Assembly: GCF_009914755.1 (NCBI RefSeq)
Contig: NC_060942.1
Source of the DNA: the human T2T-CHM13v2.0 reference genome, Homo sapiens
Length of the DNA stretch: 64,000 nt
Direction: 5' to 3' (one strand)
The notes under the pieces are model-generated. The model had not been told where the DNA came from. It saw only the letters and a list, made by a program, of their open reading frames with translations, and ran no database searches. Positions within the stretch are counted from its first letter, which is position 1. Each line of letters opens with the position of its first letter. The position numbers and the translations under genes were made by a program. Below are positions 40,930 through 54,551 of the stretch, in pieces.

Positions 40930-43874
40930 CCTAGCAATGTGCTCAAACTTAATCTAAAAGTAGCTACAAACCTCAAGAAGGAAAATAACCCAGGCCTCCA
41001 GAATCATCCTAGTGTCTCTGGGTACCAGTTCCACCAACCACGCAGCTAGCTTAGCGAAGAGCAGCAATTCAACTCATGAAGAGCAGATGTGTTCCTCTTT
41101 CCATGGTGAAGATGGTGCTGCAGGCTTGCAGGCACTGGGGTAAGAATATAATACACACTCTACAGAGACAAGAAGTTTGTGCCACTAAGTTTTTGGCCCC
41201 AAACCTCCCAGTATCTCATTCTTTTTCAGCTAATAACAGAACTGTAATTTTAAAAAGTATAAATATCTTTAAAGTGACCTCATTTTGTAACATTCATGTC
41301 ATAGTAATTCTTGAGACCCAGAAGTTTCATAACTTTCCTAAGAATTCCAGACCATATGTTATACATTTCTCTCTGCAGTTTTAAATTCTGGATATACATC
41401 TGGCCCTAATCTGAAAACATCATGTAATCATTCTTCAGAGCAATAAATTCTATGACAAACTAAAGAATGGAAAACCATAATCTAACATTAAAGCATACAG
41501 TTTTCATTTCTAAATAATTTAGCTACTTATCCTCAGAAATCAGTCATGCAACCACTATATCCAGCTCCATGTTTTCTGAACAAAGAGATTCAGAAATACC
41601 AGTCCTTCTTATACTTTTCTATGGTTTATGAAAAGGAAATGGGAAATGTTTATATTGGGCAGCTTCTATGATCACTAAAGACCAACATCATAAGAGTGTC
41701 AGAGAAAGACAGAGACAGAGAGGTGAATATGTTGGAAAGGCTTGGAACAAATCAGAAAGACGATCTCTGGAGCTGGATGGCTCTGCAGCTGAAGCTTTAT
41801 ACTCTTTGCAAATTTATTTTTTACTATTAAAGGAGAAATTTCCCCCCAATAAATTGCCCAATTCCTTTTGTGATCACTTATGCCATCTTTTGTTTTTAAG
41901 AAAATGAAAGCAATGTGCATAATTTAAAAATAAGTAATAAACAAGAGAGTAAAATCTCTAGTGCTCTTTGTTTTCTTTAAAATAGACCACATTTTGCATG
42001 ACATAAACACACCATCAACCAACCTCTTTACTTTTATGTACATGGGGTCTTTTCTTTGTTCCTAAATTGATTGTTTATTGCTAAAAGTGACAAAGATGGA
42101 ATTTGAGGATGTGCTTTCCCTTTCTATAAAGAGCATAGATTATGATGAGTGGAAAGAAAATAATTTGTAAATCTGACATCCATAACACTGCAAATTTTAG
42201 ACAAATATCTGAAATATTCAAATACACAGAAACAAACAGTTGTTGTTGGTGGTGTTTTAAGAAGAACCCCATGAGAACTGCTGCTAGGCTTTCTGTATCT
42301 TGACCTTAAGTGTTCTTTCAAGGGCTTTGTTGGGGAGATATTCTGATATGTCACATTTAGAAGTAAGCCTACATAGAATTGACTTGATGAATCATTGAGG
42401 GTAGCTCTCAACCTGAGAGCTCCCTCACCCTTTCCCATCACCCTTTCCAACCTGACTGTTTGCAATTAACGTCTCTTTCCCCAGCTAACTACACATGGTG
42501 ATTTAGACTACCTGGCCAGCCCATAGAAACCCATTTTACCCAAACTACCGCTGACATGGTCCTGACCAAGAGCAACGGCTCCTGTAGCTGTGGCTTCAGC
42601 AATGTGGGAGCAGCCAGAAAAGCCCACTTGTGCTGTCCAATGACTCATAAATCAAGGATTCATGTACCAGAGACCTGCATGTCCAAGCTGTCTCTTTGTT
42701 GACATGCATATTTAGCTGCTGAAAACCCTAAAGTTTTCATAAACACCAAGTTCTCTCAGAACAAGAAGGGTAAAAAAAAAGTCTCAATGAGAACTAGTAT
42801 TTTTCTATTATTAGAAATTTTAAAAAAAGAAAAATTGGTTTCAATTCATCATATTCTTAATCACATTATTTAAAAATAAAAGAGCTGTGTTCTGAAAATA
42901 ATAACCATTAAATAAGTTTGTCAGCTAAATTGTATCTGAACGATAATTGGTCTTTCTAGACCACAGTAACTCAGAGATCTGTGCGTAAACAAAGCTTCCT
43001 GAAGTGACAGGAGTATTTGCTGATACCCAACTACCCAGCATGGAAACGTTCTAAAGGCAAATGCGTGCCATGGAAATAGCTGCAAATTGGCACGGGACCT
43101 CTCTTGTCAGCCTGCCTGTGCTGTGGTTTTATGATTACTATTGCCTGTATCATCAATTTGTATTTACTATGTTCCACTCTTAAGTGAAAACACAGTTTAC
43201 TGCATAAACCACAAAAGCCTCTTGTTATTCTTCTCAGTTGGGCATTAATAATGCATCCTGATGTCCTGCTCATAAATGCAAGTGCATTTACAAACTGCAC
43301 ATTAACCACTGAGGCCCCCCCCAGAGCCCGAGGCCCTCTCACAGGCATCAGAGGGAAGAGAGAGGGAGCATCCCCCAGGCCTCAGCCCAGCACCTGCTGC
43401 AAGGCCTGCCGACGGCCCAGCCCTTCCTGATTCCTCCATCTGCCTGTGGAGACTTTTCAACTTTGGATCTAATCAGTTTTCCTCTCTCAAGCAAGGAGTA
43501 ATTGTTTTAATAATTATTTTCAGAATTTGATTGATTGTATTTCTGCCATGGAAAGCCAAGGCCAAGTAAAACACCCCAGGCACATAAAACTTTTTCCTTG
43601 GAGCATCCTTTTCACTATTTCAAGACAATCATAATAATTGTCCATGCCCTTTCCCCACAAATAACTGATTCAAAATAATATTCTTTTGCCAGGCTCAACT
43701 TAGGTGATTTGAGGAAAAGCGAAGCAGCACCCTCCAGGAGACCCACCCCTGTCTCCCTGTGAGTGCAGTGGATCTGCAAGACCCAAGCTGGACGCTAAGC
43801 CACCCAGCACCTCCTGGTGGCATTCCTGCCTGTTTCCACCCTGCCATGCTGTGGCCCTTTGTTCATGAGTGTTA

Positions 43875-44004
43875 CCCTTCCTTCCTCCCTTCCCTTCTCT
43901 TCTCCTTCCTCCCTTCCCTTCCCCTTCCTTCCCTTCCTTTCCTGCTTTCCTTCTCTCTCTCTCTCTCCCTCCCTCCCTCTCAGCCTCCCTCCTTCCTTCC
44001 CTCC
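43875..44004. repeat. CT-rich low-complexity polypyrimidine tract
   Basis: About 130 bp of (CCTT/CCCT/CT)n with very few purines. Confidence 0.95.
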
Positions 44005-44019
44005 TGTGTCCTGTTGGAA

Positions 44020-44210
44020 TCGAGGGCTTTGGTGTCACGTAGGCTTGGGTTTGAGGCCAGCTCTCTCATTTGCAAGTTACGTGACTGACCCCCCAACAAG
44101 TTTATCCAGACTTCCAGCAAGCCTGAAGAAATACCTCCTTTGCAAAATTTCTGTGAAAATTAAATAAAATTGCATGTGTGAAAGTACCTAGCACAGCCTG
44201 GCACATAAAC
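44020..44210. mobile_element. MIR
   Basis: gggctttggtgtcac...ttgggtttgagg...gtgaaaattaaataaaattgcatgtgtgaaagtacctagcacagcctggcacata. Confidence 0.7.
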
Positions 44211-46771
44211 ACAATCCTTTCCTCCAGCTCCTGCTCACCTCTCTCTCTTCCTGGGTCTAGTTCGCCACTATTCGACTACGCCATCTGACTTGATCTGAGA
44301 AGTTTGATGCCAGGTCTCAGTAATATTTAACCATGCAGTGAATTACTATAATTTTATGTTGTTTCACCACCCATTTCTAGGCCTGCCGTAAGTTGTTTGA
44401 AATCCAGTCATATCCAGTTATTATATCTTTAGCTTCTTTAAAACTTCCCCTTCCCATGCAATGCAGACAGCTGGTTCCTCATCTCACCAACCCCAGCATC
44501 TCTCACAGCCACTGACCACGATGAAACCTGACTAAGCCCAGAGTCAGGTAAGAAAGGTCCCCATCATGTGTGTTTTGTTTAAGCCAGCCAACCACCGCTC
44601 CCCAAGGGAAGCCCTGATGGATAACGCCCACCAGCCTCACTAAAGGCCCAGTCCTGCAGGTCCTCTCCCTGTGGGACTTCCCTCCTGCTGGTTGGGCTCC
44701 CTACTGTCTGCAGACTTCCTGGCGGCCTGGTGGGCAGCCCACTTGCCACTGGGGTCTCCAGGTAATGACCTGCTTCTGTTTACCAGGTGCTGTGCCATGC
44801 TGCCTCCTCTGTGTCTGGCCTGACCCACACACTGGCCTAACGCTGGGAGCCCTCCAGGCCAACTAGAGGAAATTACAGCAGCAACTCTGGTTCTTATGAG
44901 GATTGCTTTCTCCACATTAATCCGTAATAACAATAATTATGGCTGGGAGGAGGAGCCACTGGCAGGGTCTGGTGTGGAGGAGGAAGTGGGGTCCCAATCG
45001 GGTTCCATGGGTTCTCCCACCTCCAGCAGCAGGAGGAGGCTGATGCCCAAGACAGTCAAAGCCTCCCACAATTAAATATCCCACACTATTTTCTGGTTGT
45101 TAAAAAAAAAATACATGGCTTCTTAGATTATTTTAGATACGTATGTTAAGAATTGTGTACAAATTCAACCAATAAAACCAATAAAACCTCAACCAATAAA
45201 ACCTCAATTATGATAACAATAGTAAATCACACTCATATCCCTACCATTCACTTCAAAGACTGCCATGCCTTCATCAACGCCCAGGCTAGATTTATTCACT
45301 TTAACCCACCTATTCCTTTAAAAATCCAGGTGAATAAGAAATCCATGTGGTCTCCCACATTCACTCAAAAGTATTCATCCAGTAAAATTCAAGAAATAAT
45401 CCAGTTAGCTGTGAATTTTCACCAAATTTCTTGGTACTCGAATAGTTAAACTCCATACTGGCAATGGCGTTAGATTTTTAGAATTATCTAGATGCACTCA
45501 TCATATGGAAATGCTTTTTATGACCATTAAGTTTACATAAGCTAAATGGGATGTGCTCTTAATAGCAAAAGAAGAACCTTCCCTTTCACTGGTCTTGCTC
45601 AGCTATCAATAAGCACGTTTCCCCTACTAACTAATTTATAGAATCTCAACAATGGGGAGAAACCTGGAGACCATTTACCCATGTACCAACTCAAAGCAGA
45701 AATTCACCTTCCCAGCCCATCCCCCCAGTATGCTAATCACTAAGAAAGAATATGATCTTTAGTTGTCTTGTTTTCTTGTGTTTCTCTAAATAATAAAATG
45801 CCCAAGTGTAGAGAAGTAAGTCTAAGACGATCTCAATAAATTATGCATGGATATGAAAGTGGTAACTAAGTTTCATCATGAACAAGTTTTAGAAGGAATA
45901 TTACCTGAAAGTTATATAAGAAATATTCACTTGGCTTCTATTTTAAATAGAGTATATTTTAAGAAACATAGGAGCAATGATGCTAATACTACATGGTTTG
46001 TTCCTCAAGGAGTTTATAATCTAGTAGAGTCTATTTACAGAAGATATTTACAAAAACATATTGCAAGCTAAAATGTAAATGCCATCAGAAAAATAAAAGT
46101 GATCTGCGTGTTTAGAGCAGAGAAAATATACTTCCTACTGAATAAATGGGTTTAAATTGTTAATAAAATTTTTAAAGTATTAAGAGTTATGTTTCTTCAT
46201 TAAATACTTCCCAAAACACATGAATCACTGGAGTCTATTACAGACCTCACACACAGTAAGTGCGGAATAAATCTTTGTTCCATGAACCAATGGGAAAAAT
46301 TAGAAATAACAGACATTATTCTAAAGGTGAATTTTTACCTGAAATATAGTATGATCCTTTATCCTGAAAAAGACAACCTCAACAACCATGGAGATGGCCA
46401 CATTTTCCTATGGAGATAGATTAAAAATGATCAAGATCCTTTAGAGCTGATCCTGTAATGTTCTTACCCTTCTCAAGCACAACTTCAGTTCATATAGAAG
46501 AATAAACATCTAGAGTTCATCTCCTTGAGACTTTTTAAATATTGAAAAAGAATATATAGAAAGAGCGAACATAGATAAATCATCAAAGTGGGCTAAGGAA
46601 GGTTGTTTTCACTTTGTTAGTATTGCTTGCTCTAACTACACAGAGAGTGGTACAGGCGGAAGACTTTCACAGCATCAGGCAGTGATCTGTGGGTATAATG
46701 AGCGTCCTCTCTGCAGCTGCTCAGCCTCGCTCCAGATTGTCACTAAAAGTTACTTGATTTACATAATTTTT

Positions 46772-47232
46772 TTTTGGTCCTCACAGGAGTAGACCTTGAG
46801 ACAAGGATTTGAGCTCAGGTAGTTTATTGGGGAGGTGAAGGAAACATCACAGTGGGAGCAGGGCCATGAGACAAGGGAGTGAAGACAGCCAGTGCATGTA
46901 GCCTCATTAGACCAGTAGGTGCTGAGGCCCCAGAAAGTTCCAGGAGCCACGGCAGAGCATGTGCCCAGAGGCCTCACCTTGCAACCAAGCGATGAAGTAC
47001 TGAAGGGATTTATCCTCCACCTGTCTCATTGGCTGAGAACGACTCCCAGGGGATATTAATTCCCTCCCCCACACATCAAAGTAACCCCATTGCTGCTCTG
47101 TTGCATGGGCCAACACTGTGGGTTTTGGTGGCCAGAAAACAAGCCCATAGATAAAGGAATGCAGGAGTTGACACTAAGTCAGGCCAGGGCATGGCAGCAG
47201 TAAGCAAGGAGACACGTGTGGGCACCACAACA
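46772..47232 (-). mobile_element. LTR16-type ERVL LTR
   Basis: agaccttgagacaaggatttgagctcaggtagtttattggggaggtga. Confidence 0.75.
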
Positions 47233-48603
47233 CCTGTTCCACTTTGAATGTGTGACTTGGCCACGGCAAGCATTTTAAAAGCCATCATGCTTGAGGTCTG
47301 AGAGGGCACAGAGAAGCCTCCTCCAAAGCCCCACTGTGGAACTTACTGTCTTCTGTTGCACAGCATTGGTAATAAGCTAACTGGTCCACTCTACTCTTTT
47401 CCTACTCTTATCATTCTAGAAAAAAAGAACACACACACACCAATCCTAGAGTCAAGCCTGAAGGAATGCAGCCTCACTGGAATCACAGAAGTGAGCTCTG
47501 ATGTGCCATGATTCTCCTATAGCAGTTTCCCCAGACCAACTGCAGAGAGAAAGGAAACTGGGTGCTCTGGCCACACTGCCAACAGGATGCAGGCAACCAA
47601 CGACATCTTTCTCATTTGACGTCAGTTATTTAAGAAAAATTATCAAAAGTTTACACCAACAAAGCTGAAAACATTACTGGGAGTTCTAAAATACGTGAAT
47701 ATATCTGAAGCCTGTGATGGCTTTCTGTTGACCATCCACAGACTTAAAGAGGAAGCTCTCCCTTGAATATCAAGCAGCCGTCCTCAGCTCCTCCCGAGCA
47801 TCCTGCACACAGCCCGCCTTCCAAAGCATCACTTCCATGACCCTGCCTCTGTCAAACTAGCAAGTACATCCCTAAGAAGTCAGTGGAGAATGACCCTTCT
47901 AGTCACATTTTTAATAATTGTACTCTTCTGCACACGGGCCCAAGCAATGGAACTTGACTCACTAAATCTAAAGGAGAAATCGTTTCCATCTAGACTCGGG
48001 AGTTCTGAAAAACATTTCATTTTCAGGGTTATCACTTTTTGAACTTCTGAAAGAAAACACATTCTCTACAGTCTACCTACATTTCCATCAGGACTGCCTC
48101 TGTGAGACTGTCAGCGTCTAGGGTATGAGGACACTATGTGGCCAACAGACACACACACAGTTGGAATCTCTTGAAAATACTATAAATAGACAAAATCAGT
48201 TTTTTCTTATGTAGGTTTAGGCATGCTTTCTAATGTATATATTTCGATTGTTTCTTCCTCAGTTCATCTACCATATACTTACTGTCCTACCTCCTTTGAG
48301 TGCTCATTGCCGTGGTAAACGTGAGGTATGCAACAGTGAGCATAACAGTCTCTAGCGCTGCATAACTCATTGCACAAACAGTGTCAGAATTGTCGTGACA
48401 AAAATCAAATACAGAATTGAACAGAATGCTGCCATCTGCATCTGTTTAATTTTGGCACTCCATGCCCTTCAGTGGCTACATAACATACTGTCCTGTGATG
48501 AAGACCAAGTCCTTTACATGGCCTGGGAACCCCAGCTGGTCTTTCTTTACAGTAGCTACTAAGAACTTTTTTCTCAAAAAGCACGATTAAGAATCAATTT
48601 TAG

Positions 48604-48912
<309 letters not shown>

Positions 48913-49322
48913 TTAAGAACATATTCCACTGAAGAAGAGATCTATACAGTGGAAATCTTTAATTTCTTTCACTCCACATTCCACAGTTCTTTTGTATACA
49001 TAGCAAATAGGATATCCTACGTGGTTTTTCTAGAGAAATATGCAAAGACGTGTTTCAGATACGCAAATTAATTCCATTAGAAACCCTAAAATAGTGGTCC
49101 CTTTAGTTCTTAGAAAAGCATGGAAGTAAAACATAGACATGAATTCAACAAGATGGAAAAACTTCCTAAGGTTTAAATACAGCAAATGCAAATGTACACT
49201 TTGGGCTTAGGTTTGAATTTGTAAAAACTGCAAGATTCTAAAAATATTTCAGAAAAAAATGTCCTATCCTCATGCCAGTTGTCCAGCATACTTGATGCCA
49301 ACCAACATCTGATAATCATAGG

Positions 49323-49674
49323 TAGAATATATTTTAACATATATAGGCAGAGATATTATTATTTATATATTTTTTTCAGTTATGTGTGTTTCTGTAGGTC
49401 ATTTAGAAAGATTTTCTTTTCTCAGGTTTTCTCAGGGTAAGATAAACACTTTCACAATGAACTCCCACATATACTGCAGCAGAACACTCTAGAAGTCTAG
49501 AATATATTTTAACATATATAGGTAGAGATATTATTATTATTTATATATTTTTTCAGTTATGTGTGTTTCTCTAGGTCATTTAGAAAGATTTTCTTTTCTC
49601 AGGTTTTCTCAGGGTAAGATAAACACTTCCACAATCAACTCCCACATGTACTGCAGCAAAACACTCTAGAAGTC
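49323..49674. repeat. Tandem duplication, 175 bp + 177 bp
   Basis: Units start at 49323 and 49498; by my manual alignment 6 substitutions and 2 small indels. Confidence 0.97.
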
Positions 49675-50358
49675 TACAGTTTGGTCTCAAAACAATGCTA
49701 CTTCCTCTTATTGTCCCAGAGTGGAATCTGAAAACGAAAATACATTTTGTAACTTAATTCAGTATCACTATGGAAAAACAGCAGAGTGCAATTAAGACTC
49801 AGTGTATCAGGCCTTCCAATCTACATAATTCTAGCTTTCTATTTGCTTCTCATAATACTCAACACTTAGACATACTATACTTTTATTTCTAATCTCCATT
49901 TGTTTAAATAACACAAAAGCTTCTTCAAATTTCAACTATTATTTATATAGAGTCCTTTGGAAGATTTATTCTTCTTTTTAATTTAGAAGTTTAGAAGAGA
50001 GGGTCTTGGGAACCTGAAGACCAACTTCACTTGCCTGAGCAGTGGGCCACACCAGGATAGAGGAGGTTACAATTCAAGCCATTTCCAGTCCATCCTTGAA
50101 AACGATTCAGTACGCACAGAATGCATAGGCTCAAAGCTAAGTCCCTTTCAACCACTGAGATTACATATTCTACTCTTTAAAGTAACATAATCATTATGCA
50201 AGTCTACAATCATTTGATCCTACAAAAAATTATGATTACAGGCATACGTTGGAGATACTACAGTTGAGTTCCAGACCACAACAATAAAATTAATGTCAAA
50301 ATAAAACAAGTCACATAAATTTTTTGGTTTCCCAGTGCACATAAAAGTTAGGTTTGCA

Positions 50359-50588
50359 AACACCACATGTTCTCACACATAGGTGGGAACTGAACACTTG
50401 GACACAGGAAGGGGAACGTCACACACCGGGGCCTGTCGTGGGGTGGGGGGGATAGCATTAGAGATATACCTAATGTAAATGACGAGTTAATGGGTGCAGC
50501 ACACCAACATGGCACATGTATACATATGTAAAAAACCTGCACGTTGTGCACATGTACCCTAGAACTTAAAAGTATAATAAAAAAAGAG
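50359..50588 (+). mobile_element. Young L1PA (PA3-5-like) 3' end, 5'-truncated
   Basis: aatgacgagttaatgggtgcagcacaccaacatgg...cacatgtaccctagaactt; TSD aaaagttag(g/c)tttgca at 50343-50358 and 50589-50604. Confidence 0.95.
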
Positions 50589-51559
50589 AAAAGTTAGCTT
50601 TGCATTATACTATTTTGTGCAGTAGCATTATGTCTAAAAGTATACAGACCTTAATTTAAAAATATTTAATTGCTAAAAAATGCTAAAGATCACCTGATCT
50701 TTTAGTGAGTCCTAATCTTTTGCTTGTGGACAGCCTTGTCTCGATGTTGATGGCTCCTGACTCATCAGGGTAGTAGTAGATGAAAGTCCTGCTGGCTGTG
50801 GTGATTTGTTAAAATTAGACAACAATGAAGTTTGCTACATCGATTGACTCTGCCTTTCATGAAAGATTTATCTGTGGCATGTAATGCTGCTTGATAATAT
50901 TTTACCTGCAGTGGAACTTCTTTCAAAATCGGAGACAGTCCTCTCAAACCCTACTGCTGCTTTATCAACTAGGCTGATGTAATATTCTTTACTTTCATTT
51001 CAAAAATGTTCACGTTCAGTCTTCACCAAGAGTAGATTCCATCTCAAGAAACCACTTTCTTTGCTCATCCATAAGAAACAATTCCTCATCTGTTCAAGTT
51101 TGATGATGAGATTGCAGCAATTTAGTTACATCTTCAAGCTCCACTTGTGATTCTACTTCTCTTTCCATAGTCAACACATCTGTAGTTACTTCCTCCACTG
51201 AAGTCTTGAACCCCTCAAAGTCATCCATGAAGGTTGGAATCAACTAACTCCTGTTAATGCTGGTAATCTGACCTCCTCCTATGAATCATGAATGTTCTTA
51301 ATGGCATCTAGAATGCTGAGTCCCTTCCAGAAGGACTTCAATTTACTTTACCCAGACCCATCAGAGGAATCACTGTCTATGGCAGCCATAGTCTTACAAA
51401 ATGTATTTTTGAAATAATAAGACTAGAAATTTGAAATTACTCCTTCATCCATGGGCTGAAGAAAGGATACTGTGTTAGCAGGCATTAAAAACATTAATCT
51501 CTATTTATATCTCCATCAGAGCTCTTGGGTGACCAGGTGCATTGTCAATGAGCACTAAT

Positions 51560-52006
51560 TTTTTAATTTTAATTTCCAGGATACATGCGCAGGACATGCA
51601 GGTTTGTTGCATAGATAAACATGTGCCATGGTGGTTTGCTGCACCTATCAACCCATCACCTAGGTATTAAGCCCTACAAGCATTAGCTATTTATCCTGAT
51701 GCTTTCCCTCCTCCCCTCATCCCCCCACAGGCCCCATTGTGTGTTGTCTTCCTCCCTGTGTCCATGCGTTTTCATTGTTCAGCTCCCACTTGTAAGTGAG
51801 AACATGTGGTGTTTGGTTTTCTGTTCCTGTGTCAGTATGCTAAGAATAATGGCTTCCAGTTCCATCCATGCCCCTGCAAAGGAAATGATCTTATTCCTTT
51901 TTAGGGCTGAATAGTATTCCATGTTGTATATTTACCACATTTTCTTTATCCAGTCTATCATTGATGGGCATTTGGGTTGATTTCATGTCTTTGTATTGTG
52001 AATAGT
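51560..52006 (-). mobile_element. L1PA (PA8-13-like) 3' end, 5'-truncated
   Basis: gcacctatcaacccatcacctaggtattaagccc...cccacttgtaagtgagaacatg; TSD AATGAGCACTAAT at 51547-51559 and 52007-52019. Confidence 0.95.
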
Positions 52007-54526
52007 AATGAGCACTAATAGTTTGAACTTTTTTTTCTGAGCAGTAGTCTCAACAATGGGCTCAAAATGCTAACTATGTGTAAACAGATGTGCTATCATC
52101 CAGGCTTTGTTGTTCTATTTCTAAAGCACAGGCAGAGTAGATTTAGCATAACTCCTAAGAGCCCTAGGATTTTTAGAATAGTAAATAACCATTGGCTTCA
52201 ACTTCAAAGTCACCAGATGCATCAGTCCCTAACAAGATTCAGCCTGTCCTTTGAAGCTTTGAAGCCATGCGTTGACTTTTCTCTAGCTATGAAAGTCCTA
52301 GATGTGATCTTCTTCCAAGAGAAGGCTGTTTTGTCTACCTTGTTCAGTGTAGCGACCTTCATCAATGGACTTAGCTAGATCTTCTGGATAATTTGCTGCA
52401 GCTTCTCCATCAGCACTTGCTGCTTCACCTTGTGTTTCTAATATTATGGGGATGGCTTCTTTCCTTAAAATTCATACCAATCTCTGTTAGCTTGAAATTT
52501 TTCTTCTGCAGCTTCCTCCCCTCTCTCAGCCTTCACAGAATTAAAGAGTTAGGGCCTTGCTCCAGGTTAAGCTTTGGCTTAAGAGAATGTTGTGGTTGGC
52601 TTGATCTTCTATACAGACCACTCAAACTTCTCCATATCAGCAATAGGCTGTTTCACTTTTTTTATTATTATTATTCGTGCGTTCACTGGAGTAGCACTTT
52701 TAATTTCCTTCAAGAACTTTTCTTTTGCATTTATAACTTAGCTAACTGGTACAAGACACCTTTTTTCCAGCCTATCTCAGCTTTTGTTTGACGTGCCCTT
52801 CTTACTAAGCTTAATCATTTCTAGCTGTTGATTGAAAGTGAGAGATGTGTGTGATGATTCCTTTCACTTGAACACTTAGAGGCCATCGTAGGGTTATTAA
52901 TTGGTCTAATTTCAATATTGTGTGTCTCAGGGAATAGGGAGTCCCAAGGAGAGGGAGAGAGATATGGGGAACTGTTGATGAGTGGATCAGTCAGAATACA
53001 TATAATATTAATTACTTTCTCTATCTCATATGGGCACGGTTAATGGAACCTCGAAAAAATCACAATACTAACATCAAAGATCACTGATCACAGGTCAACA
53101 TAACAGATATAGTAATAATAAAAATGTTGAAGATATTTTGAGAATTAGCAAAATGTGACACAGAGACAAAGTGAACACATGCTGTTGGAAAAATGGCACC
53201 AATAGATTGCTCAACACAGGGTTGTCACAAACTTTCAATTCACAAAACACCATATCTGTGAAGCACAACAAAACAAAGCATGCCTGTATTACACTATCAG
53301 TTGAAAAGAAAATGTGGTAGCATCAATGGGAAATTATTACTTAATAATCATAGTGTGTTAAAGAGAAGTGAGGCAATGCGAAGAATGCGTTAGTCTAGGA
53401 AAAAAATTATCTTTAAATCTCTCATCATTTTCCACCGGGTGTCTTGTTGAAAAGCAATTGTAAACTTGAGATATGCACTGATTTCAGCAGCCTTCCCAGT
53501 GGTTGTGGCCTGAACCCATTAATCAGCTAAAAGCTGAATGTAACTTTTATATTTAAAGTTGAACTTTCCAAACAGCAGTGGGTATCAGAGGCCAGGAGCC
53601 CAGAAGCTTTCTGTGTTGAGGTTTTGCCTTTCATTTTTCACTCTCCAGGTCCCTGTGACTTTGGTGGGGTCACACCCACTAGGCCACCCTCCATCTTCTG
53701 CCTTCTAATCCCTTGATGTTTGCACAGAAAGCAGTCTACACTGCCACTTTTTCAACACTCCTTGTGGTTTGCTGTGTCAACAGAGTATTTCTGATGCTGC
53801 ATTGGATTAACTGACCAATTTGTTCTTCCATCTTTTTATGCCATTCCCTTGAGACAAACCACACTGATAGAAGTGGTGTTTGTTCTCTCAGGTGTTTGCA
53901 TATGCATGTACATGTGCCGTATTTCTCATGAAAATACCACAAAATGTGTTTAAACTATTATTACTTCTTTGACAATAAAAAAACTATGTTTACATGAGAG
54001 AATTTTAAAACTGGAAGGAATCAAGAAATTATCTAACCCGAAATCAGCCTGATGAGAAAACTTAGGTCCAGAGAAGGGAAATAACTTGGTTCCGAGTCAA
54101 TAAGAACTAAGAAAGTGTCCATTGGCCAAAGTTGCTGTCTTCATTTCCTTCTGAATTTCCTACTGCTTCCCTTCTTCTCAGTCTTCACTGTGGATTCATC
54201 TCTAAGCATTAGTGCTTCCACAGTTCCATCCCCCAGCCTTCTCCCATCCTGACGTGATCCTCAAGCAGTAAGCATCATGCTAATGACTTCCATGATCTCA
54301 TCTACATGGATGAATCTCAAATATTCCAGTTAAAGCTTCTTTCACCTTCACCACACCTCTACCACCAATGACATATTGGAGGTCTCCTTCTGAACCCACC
54401 TCACTCCTCAATGTGCCCAGCGTACCCCATCCTAGTGGGTTCCTCCTCCCATATTTCCTACCTCAGCAAATTACTCCACTATTCTAGCCATTCTCCCAAA
54501 GCAAAGGTAATATGTTGAATCACCTT

Positions 54527-54551
54527 CTACACACACACACACGCACACACA
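54527..54551. repeat. Imperfect (CA)n microsatellite inside L2-like sequence
   Basis: tacacacacacacacgcacacaca. Confidence 0.85.

Larger units (their letters stand above)
50239..53286 (-). mobile_element. Tigger1 DNA transposon, near full length, decayed, with two L1PA insertions
   Basis: Termini ta|caggcatac and gcatgcctg|ta with TA duplication; internal agattccatctcaagaaaccactttctttgctcatccataag and cacttgaacacttagaggcca motifs. Confidence 0.95.

Noticed and set aside
43700-44167. ORFs of 109-116 aa rich in P/S/L or E/G/R
   Set aside because: Products of the CT-rich low-complexity tract
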